DNA of 59,208 nt, counting the filler, from Basidiobolus ranarum (Eukaryota): the NCBI GenBank assembly GCA_040143965.1. It is 5 parts of 5 records of this genome, joined end to end, with 100 filler letters (N's around TTAATTAATTAA, not from the genome) between each part and the next. Parts side by side here need not be neighbours in the genome. Positions count along the whole stretch, not along the records: positions 1 to 11,810 come from JASJQH010007463.1; positions 11,911 to 23,683 come from JASJQH010007464.1; 3 more parts are not named here. One strand, 5' to 3'. The notes under the pieces were generated by a model. It made no database searches, had not been told where the DNA came from, and saw only the letters and a program-made list of their open reading frames with translations. Of the stretch, positions 1 to 12,389 are shown piece by piece; position 1 is the stretch's first letter; each line of letters begins with the position of its first letter. Position numbers and translations under genes: made by a program.

Positions 1-171
1 CTTTTAGGACTAGCTCTCAAGATCTATACATATGAGAACCTCTAAGTTGGTAAAAATATATCAAATAAATTCCTCTTTAGAATAATGAGTGAAATCTTAG
101 TTCAATATGGAATAACTAAACACCAAGCTATATATGACTATATAGATGTTTAGGCTATGGTAATTTCAACA
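1..171. repeat. Partial copy of the copia-type LTR family (reference copy 58521-58868), cut by the window start
   Basis: Collinear similarity to ~58700-58868 (tctaagttggtaaaaatat...aaattcc...aataat...ataactaa...aagctatatatgact...ttaggc). Ends in the same terminal tcaaca at 171. Confidence 0.75.
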
Positions 172-702
172 GATATTTGCAATATCACCAAGAGGAGAGG
201 AATTATGTTCAAATTATCAAAGACTCATAATTGAGCTCTACTTATGCCATGTGACAATGAGCAAGTTGCATGGAGTAAGTGCATGCAAAAAAAGAGAATT
301 GGTCATAAGTGCTAATGTATCAGAGTAGAATGATAGTGTTGATAGGCCACTTCAAATGATTTCATTAAATAATCTCAATATTCATGGGTAGTCCATATCA
401 TGGTATCAAGTCTAGCTATATGTATTACCAAGAACTTGATCACAGTGTATGTCAGAGAGATGATAAAAAGAAATATATAGCCTCAACTTGGAATATACAC
501 AATCTAAATACTAGTTGGCATAATCCAAATACTAATAAAAATATATGTTAAGCACTAAAAAGGATTAAGAAACCAGTAAAATGGCGTAGCTATTACCAGA
601 GGGATACTGTAAAAATAATATGCTAATCCTGAAGTCAATATTTTACAAAAGAGTTTATTCATGAGCATGAGATTTAATACATAAACAGAGGAAAGAAATA
701 AA

Positions 703-1712
703 TTATTTGCAATAACGATCTGACTTAATTTTGGCACGTCTATCAAGTAAAGTTTCCGAGAAATTCCCTTCTTTCTTGGCTTTCTTAAGTTCAGTTACAT
801 CATCTTCGGATAGCTTCACACGACCAAGTCCCCAACTTTGAAATCTACGACTAAAATTCATTTAAACGTCAGTAAAGTGAGCGATAAACTTTCTTTAACA
901 TCGAAAGTGGTTACTTACATGTTATGGAATTCCACTTCGGTAGAACTTTGATTCGTTTGACTTTTAACTTTATCTTTCCTTCTTACAGCAGCTTGACATT
1001 TTACCCGAAATACTTCACAGAAACGTATATCTTCAGCATCCCCGCGTAATTTACCACTACTTTCCTCAATAGACAAATACTTTCCATGGACATTTTGAAA
1101 AGCAACTCCATCTTCACGAAGTATGGGTGTCCAACTTTCTTGAGGTCCGACTGCTTCGGAATCTATACTAAGCACACCGACTTTATCGCAGGAGAGGTAC
1201 TTCCCTGTAGAGGATTTAAAGGTGAATCCCTCTGAACCAGGTACTCTGCGTCCTACAAATACATGATGTACTTGTTCAGGTTCTACTTCTGCTATAGGTT
1301 TTTCTTGAATTTGAGACACTATCTCTTCTTTATCGTTAGTTCTAATACAGCGTGGTGGTTCGCCATTGAATAAGATGAAGATGGGGCCAACTAATTCGTC
1401 CAGATTCTCAGTAAATACCCAACCTAAAAAGTGAAAATAGGGGTAATTGGTTAAAAAAAGGAGCTCCTTTACGAAGTATCGGCCGTTTTACATAAATATT
1501 TACCAGAGTCAGTATTAACGCTACTCTCGGTCTCCTCAGTTATTTCCTTACTCTTTCTCTTCTTCTTCTTCCTAAATTACAGGAAACCCAATAGATCAGT
1601 ATAAAAGTTACCTGATCCGATCTGAAAATAAAATAGAAAAATTTAAGTACTTCTTTTCGGATTCCCCTTTAAAACTGAGCTTGTTACTTTTGATCGCTTT
1701 ATAATCAGACAT
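703..1712 (-). CDS. FRG1: FRG1-family protein (fascin-like domain, splicing/actin associated), 4 exons
   Basis: Spliced N-terminus MSDYKAIKSNKLSFKGE, core FKSSTGKYLSCDKVG...EAVGPQESW, and C-terminal RFQSWG...ETLLDRRAKIKSDRYCK*. All are FRG1 hallmarks. Three GT-AG introns. Confidence 0.92.
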
Positions 1713-1998
1713 CTTTCCCGGTTTGTGCAGAGTCAAGGATAAAACTCTAAACACACCCACTGGTAACTTATATATCGTTGGTACTGATTGATATACGTGA
1801 CCAGTTAATTGAAAAATGATTAATCAAAGATCGAATTGGAGGATCGATTATTCAAAATGCTTTAATATTACTACTTCTATGCATCGGTAATAAATAGTGA
1901 GACGGTGGATGGTAGAGAGTGGATGTCACTGGAATTAATAGTGTAGTGAATGGGAGGGGGTGGGGTGGGATTGAAATGGTGTAATATACGAATTTTGA

Positions 1999-3053
1999 TT
2001 ACTGATGTAGATCTCTTTGGTAGTTCAGTTTTGGTGGCAATTCAGAGGCGAATTTGTTGGTGATATGGTTTGAACATAGCAAACCGACGAAAATTACAAA
2101 TAAATGTGCAGGAAGTATGGCAAAGGCTATGATATAGGTGATCTTTAGCCCGCTGGCCATGAACCTCTGAAGCTTGCCTCTACATCCGGGCAAGGTGGTA
2201 CGTGGAAAACACTTGTTGGTGTAAGCTGGAAAGTGAGTTTTGTCCAGATAACCACAGCAATGCAACTGCGTAAGAAACAAGAAGGTAAGTTTCAGACTAA
2301 TTGACATGAATCCAAAATGACATACATTACTCTGGATCCGCTGCCTCTCATTATTGTTTAGAACACGCCATTGCGATTGCAACTTCGCCTCAAGATTCCA
2401 AAGTTGACGCCTGTAGGTAACATACCCAACTGATGCAATCCCTGCCATCAGGGGCCACAGTAGAATGCAGTAAAATGTGAGGAGTTTACGGTTGTTGAAG
2501 AAGATTCCCAAGTAACCAAGAGCTCCGATGACTATCGTGAAGCAGCTTACTGTCGTAACCACTGAGAAAGGGGAGGTTAGTGGATTAAGTATGAGAAGGT
2601 GGCTTGACAGAAAACCTACATATTACATAGCTCCCTGATATCACTAGAATCACATCGGCTCGAAGATAGACTAAATGAGTGTGAGAATGGATTATCGTTG
2701 ATAAGACAACTCAAATGCACTTACGCTTAAACCACGTCAACACACTAAGCACCAGGCTACAAATCCCAATAGAAATCAACTGCTCGTAAAAGTCAGCTCC
2801 TCCTACTTGTATGTATCAATAGAATAGGTAAATTAAAACGTACCAGCGTGTTGGCAAAAAGTAGTATCCATTTGAATCTAGTCCAGTGCTTTGGTTTTTT
2901 GAGAGTACTCAACTGACCGGCAATCTTGGCCTCTCGGTCCTGTAACATCGATGTTCGCTTGAGGGCCTCTTTCCTGGTGTCAGCAGAGCTTCGTAACTGT
3001 GGGGCTTCTTTAATTTGATCCACTCCACTTTGACAATAGACATATTCGGCCAT
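1999..3053 (-). CDS. Fungal tetraspanin (Tsp2-like), 5 coding exons
   Basis: WTRFKWILLFANTL first TM, four hydrophobic segments, and large loop with LHCCGY plus further Cys (KCFP, LPGC). GT-AG introns join ORFs 2793-3053 and 1999-2562. Probable 5' UTR intron at ~3055-3110. Confidence 0.82.
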
Positions 3054-3529
3054 TCTTCACATCAAGTTAGTTAAATATGATCAGAGTGAAATATTCGATT
3101 GCAAGCCATACCTGAGTTGAAGAAATCAAACGCATTGAGGAAAGACATACACCGAGATATATATATGAGAGCAAAGTAGGGAGTGGATCATCAGTATATA
3201 GTCCCAAATTTGCATGCAGATTGATCCTCGCCGATTTGTTAGAATTGTTGGTAATTTGGCCTGTTCATCTTGCCAATAATGTTAGTGATGTAACTGATGT
3301 GAGCAGTGAATCCAGAAACTGATGCGCATCCTCCTTATCAGACATCCCCTTTTCTATATATATATATACCTATCCTGTCCACTACTCCTGCCTAGCTATA
3401 TTAAACAGAGGTTGATTAAGTTAGCATGAATGCAGTGAGTGTACAAGGGATGGTTCCATAATCAGTAATGGCTGTCTGTATGCTTGTTCGTGATAAGCAA
3501 GCATAAGATCGATATGAGAGTTGTTTGTG

Positions 3530-3868
3530 GCATAAGATAGAGAGGAGCACCTCCAGAGCATAAGATAGAGAGGAGAATATACCTGGGAATGGCAAATCTC
3601 TTCACTGCGACTGGGCACCCTGTCTATCACTGATTTGGCTGTGACTAGCACCCTGTAGATTGATGATTTAGAGCATTCTTAGGATTAGTCTATATATGCA
3701 TATGATTTTGGGATTGCAATGACCAGAGTTCTATGATTTTGGGATTGAGATGACCAGAGTTCGGAATTGACTGAACATGTTCTCCATTTTGTTGGGATAT
3801 CCTCGTCCAGTCACTTGAGTAGTATTGTCATGTGCGATTTTTTGAGGGATTTTGAGGGATTTTGAGGT
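3530..3868. repeat. Cluster of short direct/tandem duplications in the divergent intergenic region
   Basis: gcataagatagagaggag at 3530 and 3558. A 31-bp tandem (tatgattttgggattg.(a)atgaccagagttc) at 3701-3762. tttgagggat x2-3 at ~3840-3868. Confidence 0.7.
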
Positions 3869-4147
3869 ATATACATATGCCGCTTTCTACCTAGTAAATT
3901 TGTAAGCATCTCATTGAGAGATATATCCATTTTTTTTAAACTGGAGTGGATGATTCGTTTACTAATATTCTGAACTCTCTTTTCTCCCTTTACCCCTTCT
4001 CTAATATATCGTTACTTACCTCGACTTTTGTCTAGTCTTTTTTGATTGCTTTTTAATCCCATTTTGCCTCGTCTCACTCGATAATAACGTTTATTTGGAA
4101 ACGTTCCTTCGTGGATCTTTTTAGTACATACTCATCTACCTATTTTT

Positions 4148-7100
4148 ATGCTTTCCATAATGAGTAATCCTGATGCTGCACCATTAACGGAGGCCCCCAA
4201 AAACCTCTCTACTATACGCATCGAAGTATCCCTAAAAGATACACCTATCGTTTCTTATGCTGAACTTTATAAGCATGCAAAAGAAAAAGTCGACACGAAA
4301 CATACACAAGCTGAAAAGGGCTCACGACATTCCAACGATGGCGCGCTCGATTCCTATGAGTTCGGTAAAGATCCGTTTTTCGATAAAATCCTCGCTAACG
4401 CAGCCCGATATGGGGATGACGATGAAGGAGAAGAATTCGAAGAAGGGGATACAAAACCAGACGAAGAAAAAGAAAGTGAAACGGAAGAAGTACCGGTAAG
4501 TTTATTTATTTACGAAAGAGAAGGAAGTTTACTTTCTTCTTTTCTTTTCTTTTGACTCTATCATATGAGTGGACTTGATCTAATAACTACTCCTTCTTTA
4601 ATATCTTACGCGGTTTATTTTCCTACTTGGTTTATTTCCCTCTTTGTATTATATATTCTCTTCTCACTCGAATGTCTTTTTAATTCAGACGAAACGGAGG
4701 CGTCGGCGACGTTTCGAAGTTGAAGATTATGATGTGAACGACCCTTTCATCGATGACAGTGAATTATTTATCAGCGGTCTAGGCTTGACGAAACCCAAAC
4801 AGGATGGCTTCTTTGTATATAAAGGGCCACTCGAAATGCAAAGCATTTATGACGATATGTATGTAGAACCTAAAGAAAGTTATATATATTTCAATTTAAC
4901 GTTACAACCGGAACCATTCCTAGTACCCTTCAATACATCAACAAGGGAAACCCGAATATTCCATTTTATTTAATCAAGTAATTTCAATCCGCTTTTTTAA
5001 ACTTCTCCCTCTTTCCATTGAATTCATAGAAATTCTTCCGATGCTTTTGAAAGCTCTGGCCTCCGTAGGAAACCAAAAAAGAACAAAACTAGCTCTAAAT
5101 TGAATACGTTGTCAATCAGTGATACTGAATCATCAAAGAAAGACGGTCAAAGCAAAGAAAAAACTCATATAAAGAAGTATTCGAACGAAGAAAGAATCAC
5201 TCAATCTGCTGAATTGAAGAAACGACCATGGTTAGATGAAGAGAGCTCAATGGAGAGCTTTATTGATACGCCTATAAAATCAGGTGGGTTTGTGAATGTG
5301 CGTCTTTCATAATGAATCTATCGTCTCATTGATTTTTTATCACCATGCGCATATCACAGGATCCAAGAAAACCTCCGAGAATCCTAAATCCAAGCATTCA
5401 AGCGAACATAAGTCTTATAGAGAAGATAGAGTCAAAAGCAAGACCTATAAAGATGAGAAATCTAGCAAGCATCATAAATACTCTCACGATAAAAAGAAGA
5501 AGAAATCCGGCTCATTAGTACGCATATCTTCCTTGTTGATGCTAAGAATTTTTCTAACGTAGTTCTCACGCTCTTACAGCCTCCTTTACCACCATCCGTT
5601 GCAACACTGATGACAGAGCTCAAGGAAGCCACAGGGAAAGGTTTGTATGAAGCAAATGGATCGAAACGTTGATTCTATAGTATCACTGATGTAAGCTCCT
5701 TATTTCTTGCTACAGAGAGCTTTGAAAACAAAGCGAAATTCCCACCCGCACTAAGACCCATCTTAACCCGTATCGCCAACGCATATATGCTGGCGACTGG
5801 GGTGACAGCTCCGGATGAAGACCTAATCTCGCACCTTACCTCCATTTTGCCTTACAATAAGTTTACCTTGAAGGTGAATGAATCTCAGTCTATATGCTGA
5901 CTACTCTCAATTACTCACCACTGATGTCTCTCCATAGAAATTATCTACCAAGATTATGCTGCAAGAACGACTAAGAGTTCGGGAAACTCAGTTTGAGGAA
6001 TTTTTCACTGGATTTGGAGAGAAAGTGAAGGCACAAATGAAGCTTCTGGTTGAACAACACGAAGAAATGAGAAAGCGAGGTAACTTGGATGGCAATTCAT
6101 CATTCTGGCATGAACATGAATTGAAGCATTTCGCGTTTTAGGTGAAGAAGGAGATGAAAATGGAGAATTTAGTATGGATAGATCTGCTGAGGTTTGTTTG
6201 ACATGCGGAATCTCCACTCACAACCAACCACTTCCCCTTCTAACCGAATCCCTCCATTACTTTAGCCCAATGAAAACACCCCCGTAAAGAAGGAGCCCGA
6301 AGAATACCTAACGCCCAACTCTAAATTAGACCAGTCAATGAACACGCCTAACTCCATCGCCGAAGATGGAGGCCTGGTATCTAGCGAAGGTAAGCTATAC
6401 TGGATTGAATTCATCTACACTGGGGCCTAATCCACTCTGATAATCAGATAAATTGAAAAAATTCCGCTGGAATGAAGACCTAAGACATGGCTTGTATCAG
6501 GTCATGAAATGCGAAATGGACATCACGAATCTGAAAAATGAATTACTGTAAGTATCAACAAAGACCACCCCAACCGCCCCTCCGTCTCGCTAAACATTAA
6601 CCCATCTCTTCGTTTGTAGTGAATTGGAAGGGCATTCAGTCAAACCACTCTCAGAGACGAATCAACGTAGAGCAGTATACCAGAAGGTGAGTATACATTT
6701 ATTTGAATCCACGCCAACAGACGAAGTAGTGACCAGTGAGCCATTTTAGATCCTGATCTTCTTTGAACCTGGATGGACCACCTCTTATGAAATCAGTCGT
6801 GAATACAGTCTTTACAAGAGACGTATCGACAAACGATTGAGCAAGGAAGTATCCAGAGAAGACACACAAAGTCAGAAAAAGACCCTCACCACCGAATCAC
6901 GATTACATGAATCCAAGCATCCCTCATCTCCTGGGAAGAAACGACCATCCTCTAGCAATGGCGGGAAATACGACTCGAGAAGCAAAGTCTACAAAATCCT
7001 TAGTGAAATGGGACCATCGTTCCTCAGTGACACTGATAGTAGTGATGATGATGTAGTCCACTCGGCCCCAAGTAAGAAATCCTCGCATAGTCGTGGCTAC

Positions 7101-7601
7101 TCTCAAAAACATTCCAACACCGCATCCACTGTGATCGATTACGACGATATTACAAGCACCGACGATGACGATATCTCGGCCAGCAACACCGACTCCTCTA
7201 TCTCCAGTTCATCGATATCATCTGGGTCGAGACGCCGCTTATCCAGCATGAAAAAGAAGAAACTGACAGCGACCGAATCCTTGGTTAATTACAAAAAGAG
7301 TAAAGAAGAAAAGGCGGTAGATTCCATGATCGCCAAGAGAAAACGACAAAAGAAACGACAACAAATGGAGAAATTAGAACAACAAAAGCAACATGAAAGT
7401 AAAGGAAAAGAACAAAATCGAGTCAAAGAAAGTAAAGAAGCATCGTTAATAAGGAAATTTTCACTAAATCCTGAATCGAATAGTATCATTTCAAATAATC
7501 CCAATTCTAATGAACCTTCACGTCCACTTATTTCTTCCACTGGGAATCGATCCACTACTCCTTCCTCTTCTGTAATGGATCTCAGAAATTTGATTGTGTA
7601 A
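4148..7601 (+). CDS. HPC2: HPC2/ubinuclein-like HIR histone chaperone complex subunit, multi-exon
   Basis: N-terminal IRIEVSL...IVSYAEL, HUN/HRD motif EDYDVNDPFIDDSE...GFFVYKGPL, and ubinuclein middle region (ESFENKAKFPPALRPIL; ILPYNKFTLK; KKFRWNE; GWTTSYEISREY). Long Ser/Lys-rich tail. About 10 GT-AG introns. Confidence 0.85.
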
Positions 7602-8417
7602 AGTATATATTATCTTTGTAGATGGCAACTTTGTAATTTCTTCCCCTCTTCTTCCCCTCTTCTTCCTCGATTATTCATTTCATTCCTTGATTTACCTCAC
7701 TCCTCCTCTCTTTAGTTCAGTTCGATATCTGGGAGATCCCTTCATCGATAATCATCTATTTCTATTTCTATTGAAACTGAAATTGAATAAAATCTCTAAC
7801 CTCAGAGAATACGCAAGAGTGGATTTCTCCCAGAAAATTCCATTGAACGAGGCAACATATTCCGTTTACTAGGAAACAATCCCAACATGATGAATTCTTC
7901 CAAGATATTCGATTCAGGATAATTCAGGATAGTTCAGGACATTTCAATTGATTCGAACCATTTAATAATTCAACCTTCTAACATACATTTCCCTTTCAAA
8001 AATGAATAGAAAAAAAACCAATCTGATAAATTAGGGTACAAGCAATAGGGAAATTTCATCATATACAAATGTTATTAAACCGAAAGGGGAATTATTCGCT
8101 TTGGCAATTTCAAATTATTGCCTTTCGCAAAAAATTTCCTCCATACAAAATTATTTCAATTTACCAACTGAAATTCAAAAAACTCTCCCCCAATCCATTC
8201 ATATTTAGGAATCATAAGAAGTGAGGGGGAGTGTAGGGGAAAGAACTGAAGTGAGAGTGAGGGTCAGGGGGAAAAAATACAGCCGATTTGCCAAGTACAA
8301 TTGGTTAATCTTTCGGGTTATGTTTGTTGAGAGCTATTGTGCGTGTTGGGTGTTGATGTTGTAGAATACATATATGGTAATACCAGATGTCAAATATTTC
8401 TTAGAAATGTCAAATGA

Positions 8418-9536
8418 TTATGACAAACTAGGACACCCTTTGATAAGATGACGGTGAAGTCCATCCTTTCGAGAAAAACTTTTGTTACATGACTCACAAC
8501 TGAATGGCCGTTCTCCATTATGTACGGTTGCCAAGTGACGACTAAGATCGTGCTTTCGACCAAATGCCTTGGTACACAGAGTACAACAAAAAGGTCTGGC
8601 TAGTTTAGGGTCGTGCCCGCGTGAATGAACGTTCAAGTTAAATTTCCGTGCAAACTGCAGACCACAAACGTTACAGGCGTACTTCTTTTCTTTTGGTGCC
8701 ACTGGTCGAGAGGAAGGAAGTGAATTTGGTTTCGATGGATTTGGTGTAGATTTCTTTTCATCTTCATGTTGTGGCTGGGCATCCGATTGCTTATTGTACG
8801 ATGCCACTTCCTCTAACGGTGCAATAAAAACCGGCGGACGAGTATCACAAGGTTCATCATCAACGTGAAATGATCCATCTTTACAATAAAGTGAAAAATC
8901 AAACGATTTCTGCTTGGTGAGAGGTACATTTTGAACATGTTGGGGAGCTGTATTGAAATTTCCTTTTTCGAAATCGATATGCGGCGTTAGAAACGGTGTG
9001 GATTGAGCAGGACTAGAATCAAATTGTTCTGCTTGACCAACATATGGTGTAGGCATAAAATCTAGAACTGGATATACCGGAGTATATGGACTGATAAGAG
9101 AAGTATCAGTCGAAAAATCCGATTGATATGGTGTATATGGTGTGGCAAATGAGGACATGAAGTCAAAATCAACCTCATTACTGCCTTTCGGATTTGTCCG
9201 AGAGATTAAAGGAATGTTGGTCATTTGAGGTGTTTGATTTATAGAAGGGAAAATGTGTTCAATATTTTGAGAAGGTGTTTCAGAAATAGAAGGAAGCTCA
9301 GTGCTTTTTTGCAAGTTCACCTTGGGGACTTCAATATCATGATCAAACAACGTAAAGTCAGTGCTAATGCTAGGGTAGAATTGATCTATATTGTCGGAAT
9401 TCGTGGTGTCAGTGTTTCGTAGAGAGTTGTTCGTAAGTTGTTGTTGCATATTACACAAATTATTTGCAAAGTTTTCGCCATCATAGAGCGTAAAATCCGA
9501 ACCGAAAGGTTGATTTTGATCTTGCGTTGGCACCAT
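8418..9536 (-). CDS. C2H2 zinc-finger transcription factor with three C-terminal fingers (Crz1-like recognition helices)
   Basis: Single-exon 372-aa ORF. Fingers CNVC..H..H, CTLC..H...H and CESC..H....C with an HNGERPF linker. Acidic/Pro/Ser/Thr-rich N-terminal region. Confidence 0.9.
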   Translation of the reverse strand: MVPTQDQNQPFGSDFTLYDGENFANNLCNMQQQLTNNSLRNTDTTNSDNIDQFYPSISTDFTLFDHDIEVPKVNLQKSTELPSISETPSQNIEHIFPSINQTPQMTNIPLISRTNPKGSNEVDFDFMSSFATPYTPYQSDFSTDTSLISPYTPVYPVLDFMPTPYVGQAEQFDSSPAQSTPFLTPHIDFEKGNFNTAPQHVQNVPLTKQKSFDFSLYCKDGSFHVDDEPCDTRPPVFIAPLEEVASYNKQSDAQPQHEDEKKSTPNPSKPNSLPSSRPVAPKEKKYACNVCGLQFARKFNLNVHSRGHDPKLARPFCCTLCTKAFGRKHDLSRHLATVHNGERPFSCESCNKSFSRKDGLHRHLIKGCPSLS

Positions 9537-10335
9537 TGTAAGTGCAGTGGTGGAAAATGAGTGACAAATAGAAGCTTTGGGAATCGTTTCAGTTATAAAT
9601 GTGCCCTTGAAATAATGTCTTCGTCAAGAAGGAAAGACAAGAAATGAGAAAATTGGGGAAAAGTAAGGAAGAAGACTATTTTAAAGGATTTTGATGGCTG
9701 GCTAGCTTAATAATCATTATTATAATGGAAATTTACCAATATATGCAATCTACCCAAATAGCCTAAATACTGTTAAATCATGATCTGTCACATCTATTCC
9801 TCAACGAATAGTAACAAATAGAAAGCGTTGATAAATTTAATAGAATAGAATAAGCTGAATAGAATGGAATAATGCAGAATATGCTATGAAACAACATGTA
9901 ACAAATCTATCGAAATTGAGACGTTGTTGTATTGACTTTCCCATATTCTACACTATATATTAGACGTTTTTGTCGCCTCAAGATACGCTGTATACATATA
10001 TATATCTGCTTACTATATTGTATTTGATTACAAAGCTTACTTTGATTGAAAACATGGAACAATCTACAACACTTCCTCGGAAAAACCGGCTATCCTACCG
10101 TGGTCATGTGAACCCAACTTTATTATGAATCAGGAAACATGGAGCGGAAGGATCAGCAAACAGATGCACAAAACGGTAATCTGTTGCGGAATGTTTCTGC
10201 CAATACAATTGTTATAATTACCTGGAGAGATTGCATAACTTACTTAGAATGTTTTAATCAACATTTCTACGGTAATTAACTAGCAAATGGGTGGAAAATG
10301 GAAATGGTTGGGTTCATCGTAGAAAGAAAAAAATT

Positions 10336-10431
10336 ATGTGATCCAATCACATCCTCGCAAGGCCAAGAGAAATTTGAGGAATTTATAAAACTTTCTAATT
10401 GTCCTTAGTGTCCTTCCTTTTTGCTTGCTCC
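10336..10431 (+). promoter_or_regulatory. RPS27 core promoter: inverted repeat, TATA box and polypyrimidine initiator-like tract
   Basis: ATGTGAT-cca-ATCACAT at 10336-10352, TATAAAA at ~10384, and ccttcctttttgcttgctcc about 28 nt downstream, ahead of the ATG at 10459. Confidence 0.5.
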
Positions 10432-10458
10432 ACGCGGCCACATTTTCAATCGTTCAAA

Positions 10459-10881
10459 ATGGTGGTAAGTACACTTAGTACCCATTGCATCATTTGAGTA
10501 AGAAGATGTATCTTGACCCATTGCTTCAACTCGTCGCGCGTTGCTACTTAACGTTGCGCGAGATGACGGATGGATGCAAGTAAAACCAAATTGGATCGTT
10601 GCAACATTTGCTTACTATTTGCTTAATTGTAGTTAGCAGTAGATCTCCTCAACCCAACCATCGAACACGAGAAGAACACCCATAAGCTCAAGAGATTGGT
10701 GCAATCCCCCAACTCTTACTTCATGGATGTTAAGTGCCCCGGTTGTTTCAACATTACCACTGTTTTCAGCCACGCCCAAACCGTTGTCTTGTGCGGTTCT
10801 TGCGCCACTGTCCTCTGCCAACCTACCGGTGGTCGTGCTCGTTTGACCGAAGGTTGTTCTTTCCGTAAGAAGGCCAACTAA
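10459..10881 (+). CDS. RPS27: 40S ribosomal protein eS27 (S27), 2 exons
   Basis: ATG GTG, intron 10465-10632 (gtaagt...tag), then LAVDLLNP...[41 protein letters not shown]...GCSFRKKAN*. Confidence 0.97.
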
Positions 10882-11810
10882 AATGTATCACTTTTGTGTA
10901 AACATCTTTACCCTACGTAAATAAACTATGCACAAAGAAATCTTCTTCCACTCTGGCTGGAATCCAATTGAAAGCCACTTATATTAATGATTAACGTGTA
11001 GTAATGTCCACTTATAAAGTTTGTTGTACTCTTGTTGGTCAATGAATGTTGGTATAAAGCCACTAATTAAAATATATGTAGTTCAAGCTCCTTTTGATTA
11101 GCACAAAGTGGACTTCCCTTGTTCGTTACACAGAGCGGGTGATGAATATGGAGTGAGTCTCATGTGCCTATTTAGCCATTGGGTCTGGCCTTACCTTCCA
11201 CATTTTCACGTGAGTCACGGTAAATCCCTAATCAACCAATTTAATATTGCTAGGTCGGAGCGATTAAAAGCTGGAGAATCCCATGAGACGTTTTAAACGA
11301 GGAGCGTGGGTGGTGAGAATATGGCTAGTAAGGGTACATCTAAGGTAGATAAAGGTGGGGGTGTGGTGGTATTTGAGTCCAAGAGCAAGTCAAACTCCTA
11401 TAACGGTGTAATATGTGCATGATTCGGAAATCTTCGGGTACTTGAAACAGTCAATCAATGAATCACCGCACCTAATCTCGATTCAATAGTACAAACGGCT
11501 CTATTTTGACAACATTCGTCAAGGTCACCAACAATGCTACTTATCGGTGAAGGCATGAGTCTGATATAGCGATTGGTGGGGAACCAATTCAATATATGAA
11601 TTTAAGTCCAAGTCGATTTAAACCTCATTATCGATCCTAGATGAGCATTGATCCAGGCTAGAGTAAGACTTAATTGGTGGGATATTGCAACGGTCAAAAA
11701 TCAGTACTTGCACTACAATGATGTTGAAAATTTTTTCCTTCTCTACCGAGGCATATAAACTTCTGGTATCCGTCACTCTTCGTCTTCGGATTAACATTTC
11801 CTTCTCTTAC

Positions 11811-11910
11811 NNNNNNNNNNNNNNNNNNNNNNNNNNNNNNNNNNNNNNNNNNNNTTAATTAATTAANNNNNNNNNNNNNNNNNNNNNNNNNNNNNNNNNN
11901 NNNNNNNNNN
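11811..11910. other. Artificial contig spacer
   Basis: N44-TTAATTAATTAA-N44, which places stops in all six frames. Confidence 0.97.
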
Positions 11911-12389
11911 CTATCGTACAGATCCATCGCAGATAGCTCTGAACACGGCTATTTCGAAGAAATTCGACACCGAAGCAATAAAACCACCATAAATTCAAAA
12001 ATATCCTAGTTCTGCATCAGCAGTTGTGGATCGGATAGCTAATTTCCCGAGGAAGTGCTATGTATAGTGTACTTGGCACCGACAGAGACTGCTGCATACC
12101 TATAAATACAAGTCATGTTCTATTTAACCAGCTTTTGTAGTTTTAATCAAAATCTTTTAGATTAGTACAACAGCCTAGCCAGGGTATTTGTAAAGTCTAC
12201 GCTTAATGTGTCGGAAGACTGAGCATTTGATAAAGTTTTGCTATTTGTTTGTAGAACACAGGGACCGTTTAGTACTGTATCAAATCCTGAGTATTCTTCA
12301 TCCTTCGAACAATTGAAAAAGCACAACAAAAATAGCAAGAAGTGATTTTATTTTAAATTCATCTACTCCATCGGGATGTGAGCTATTCT

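Noticed and set aside
11290-11810. Possible terminal exons of a minus-strand gene at the end of contig 1
   Set aside because: Splice-like signals exist but I could not build a consistent, recognisable reading frame.
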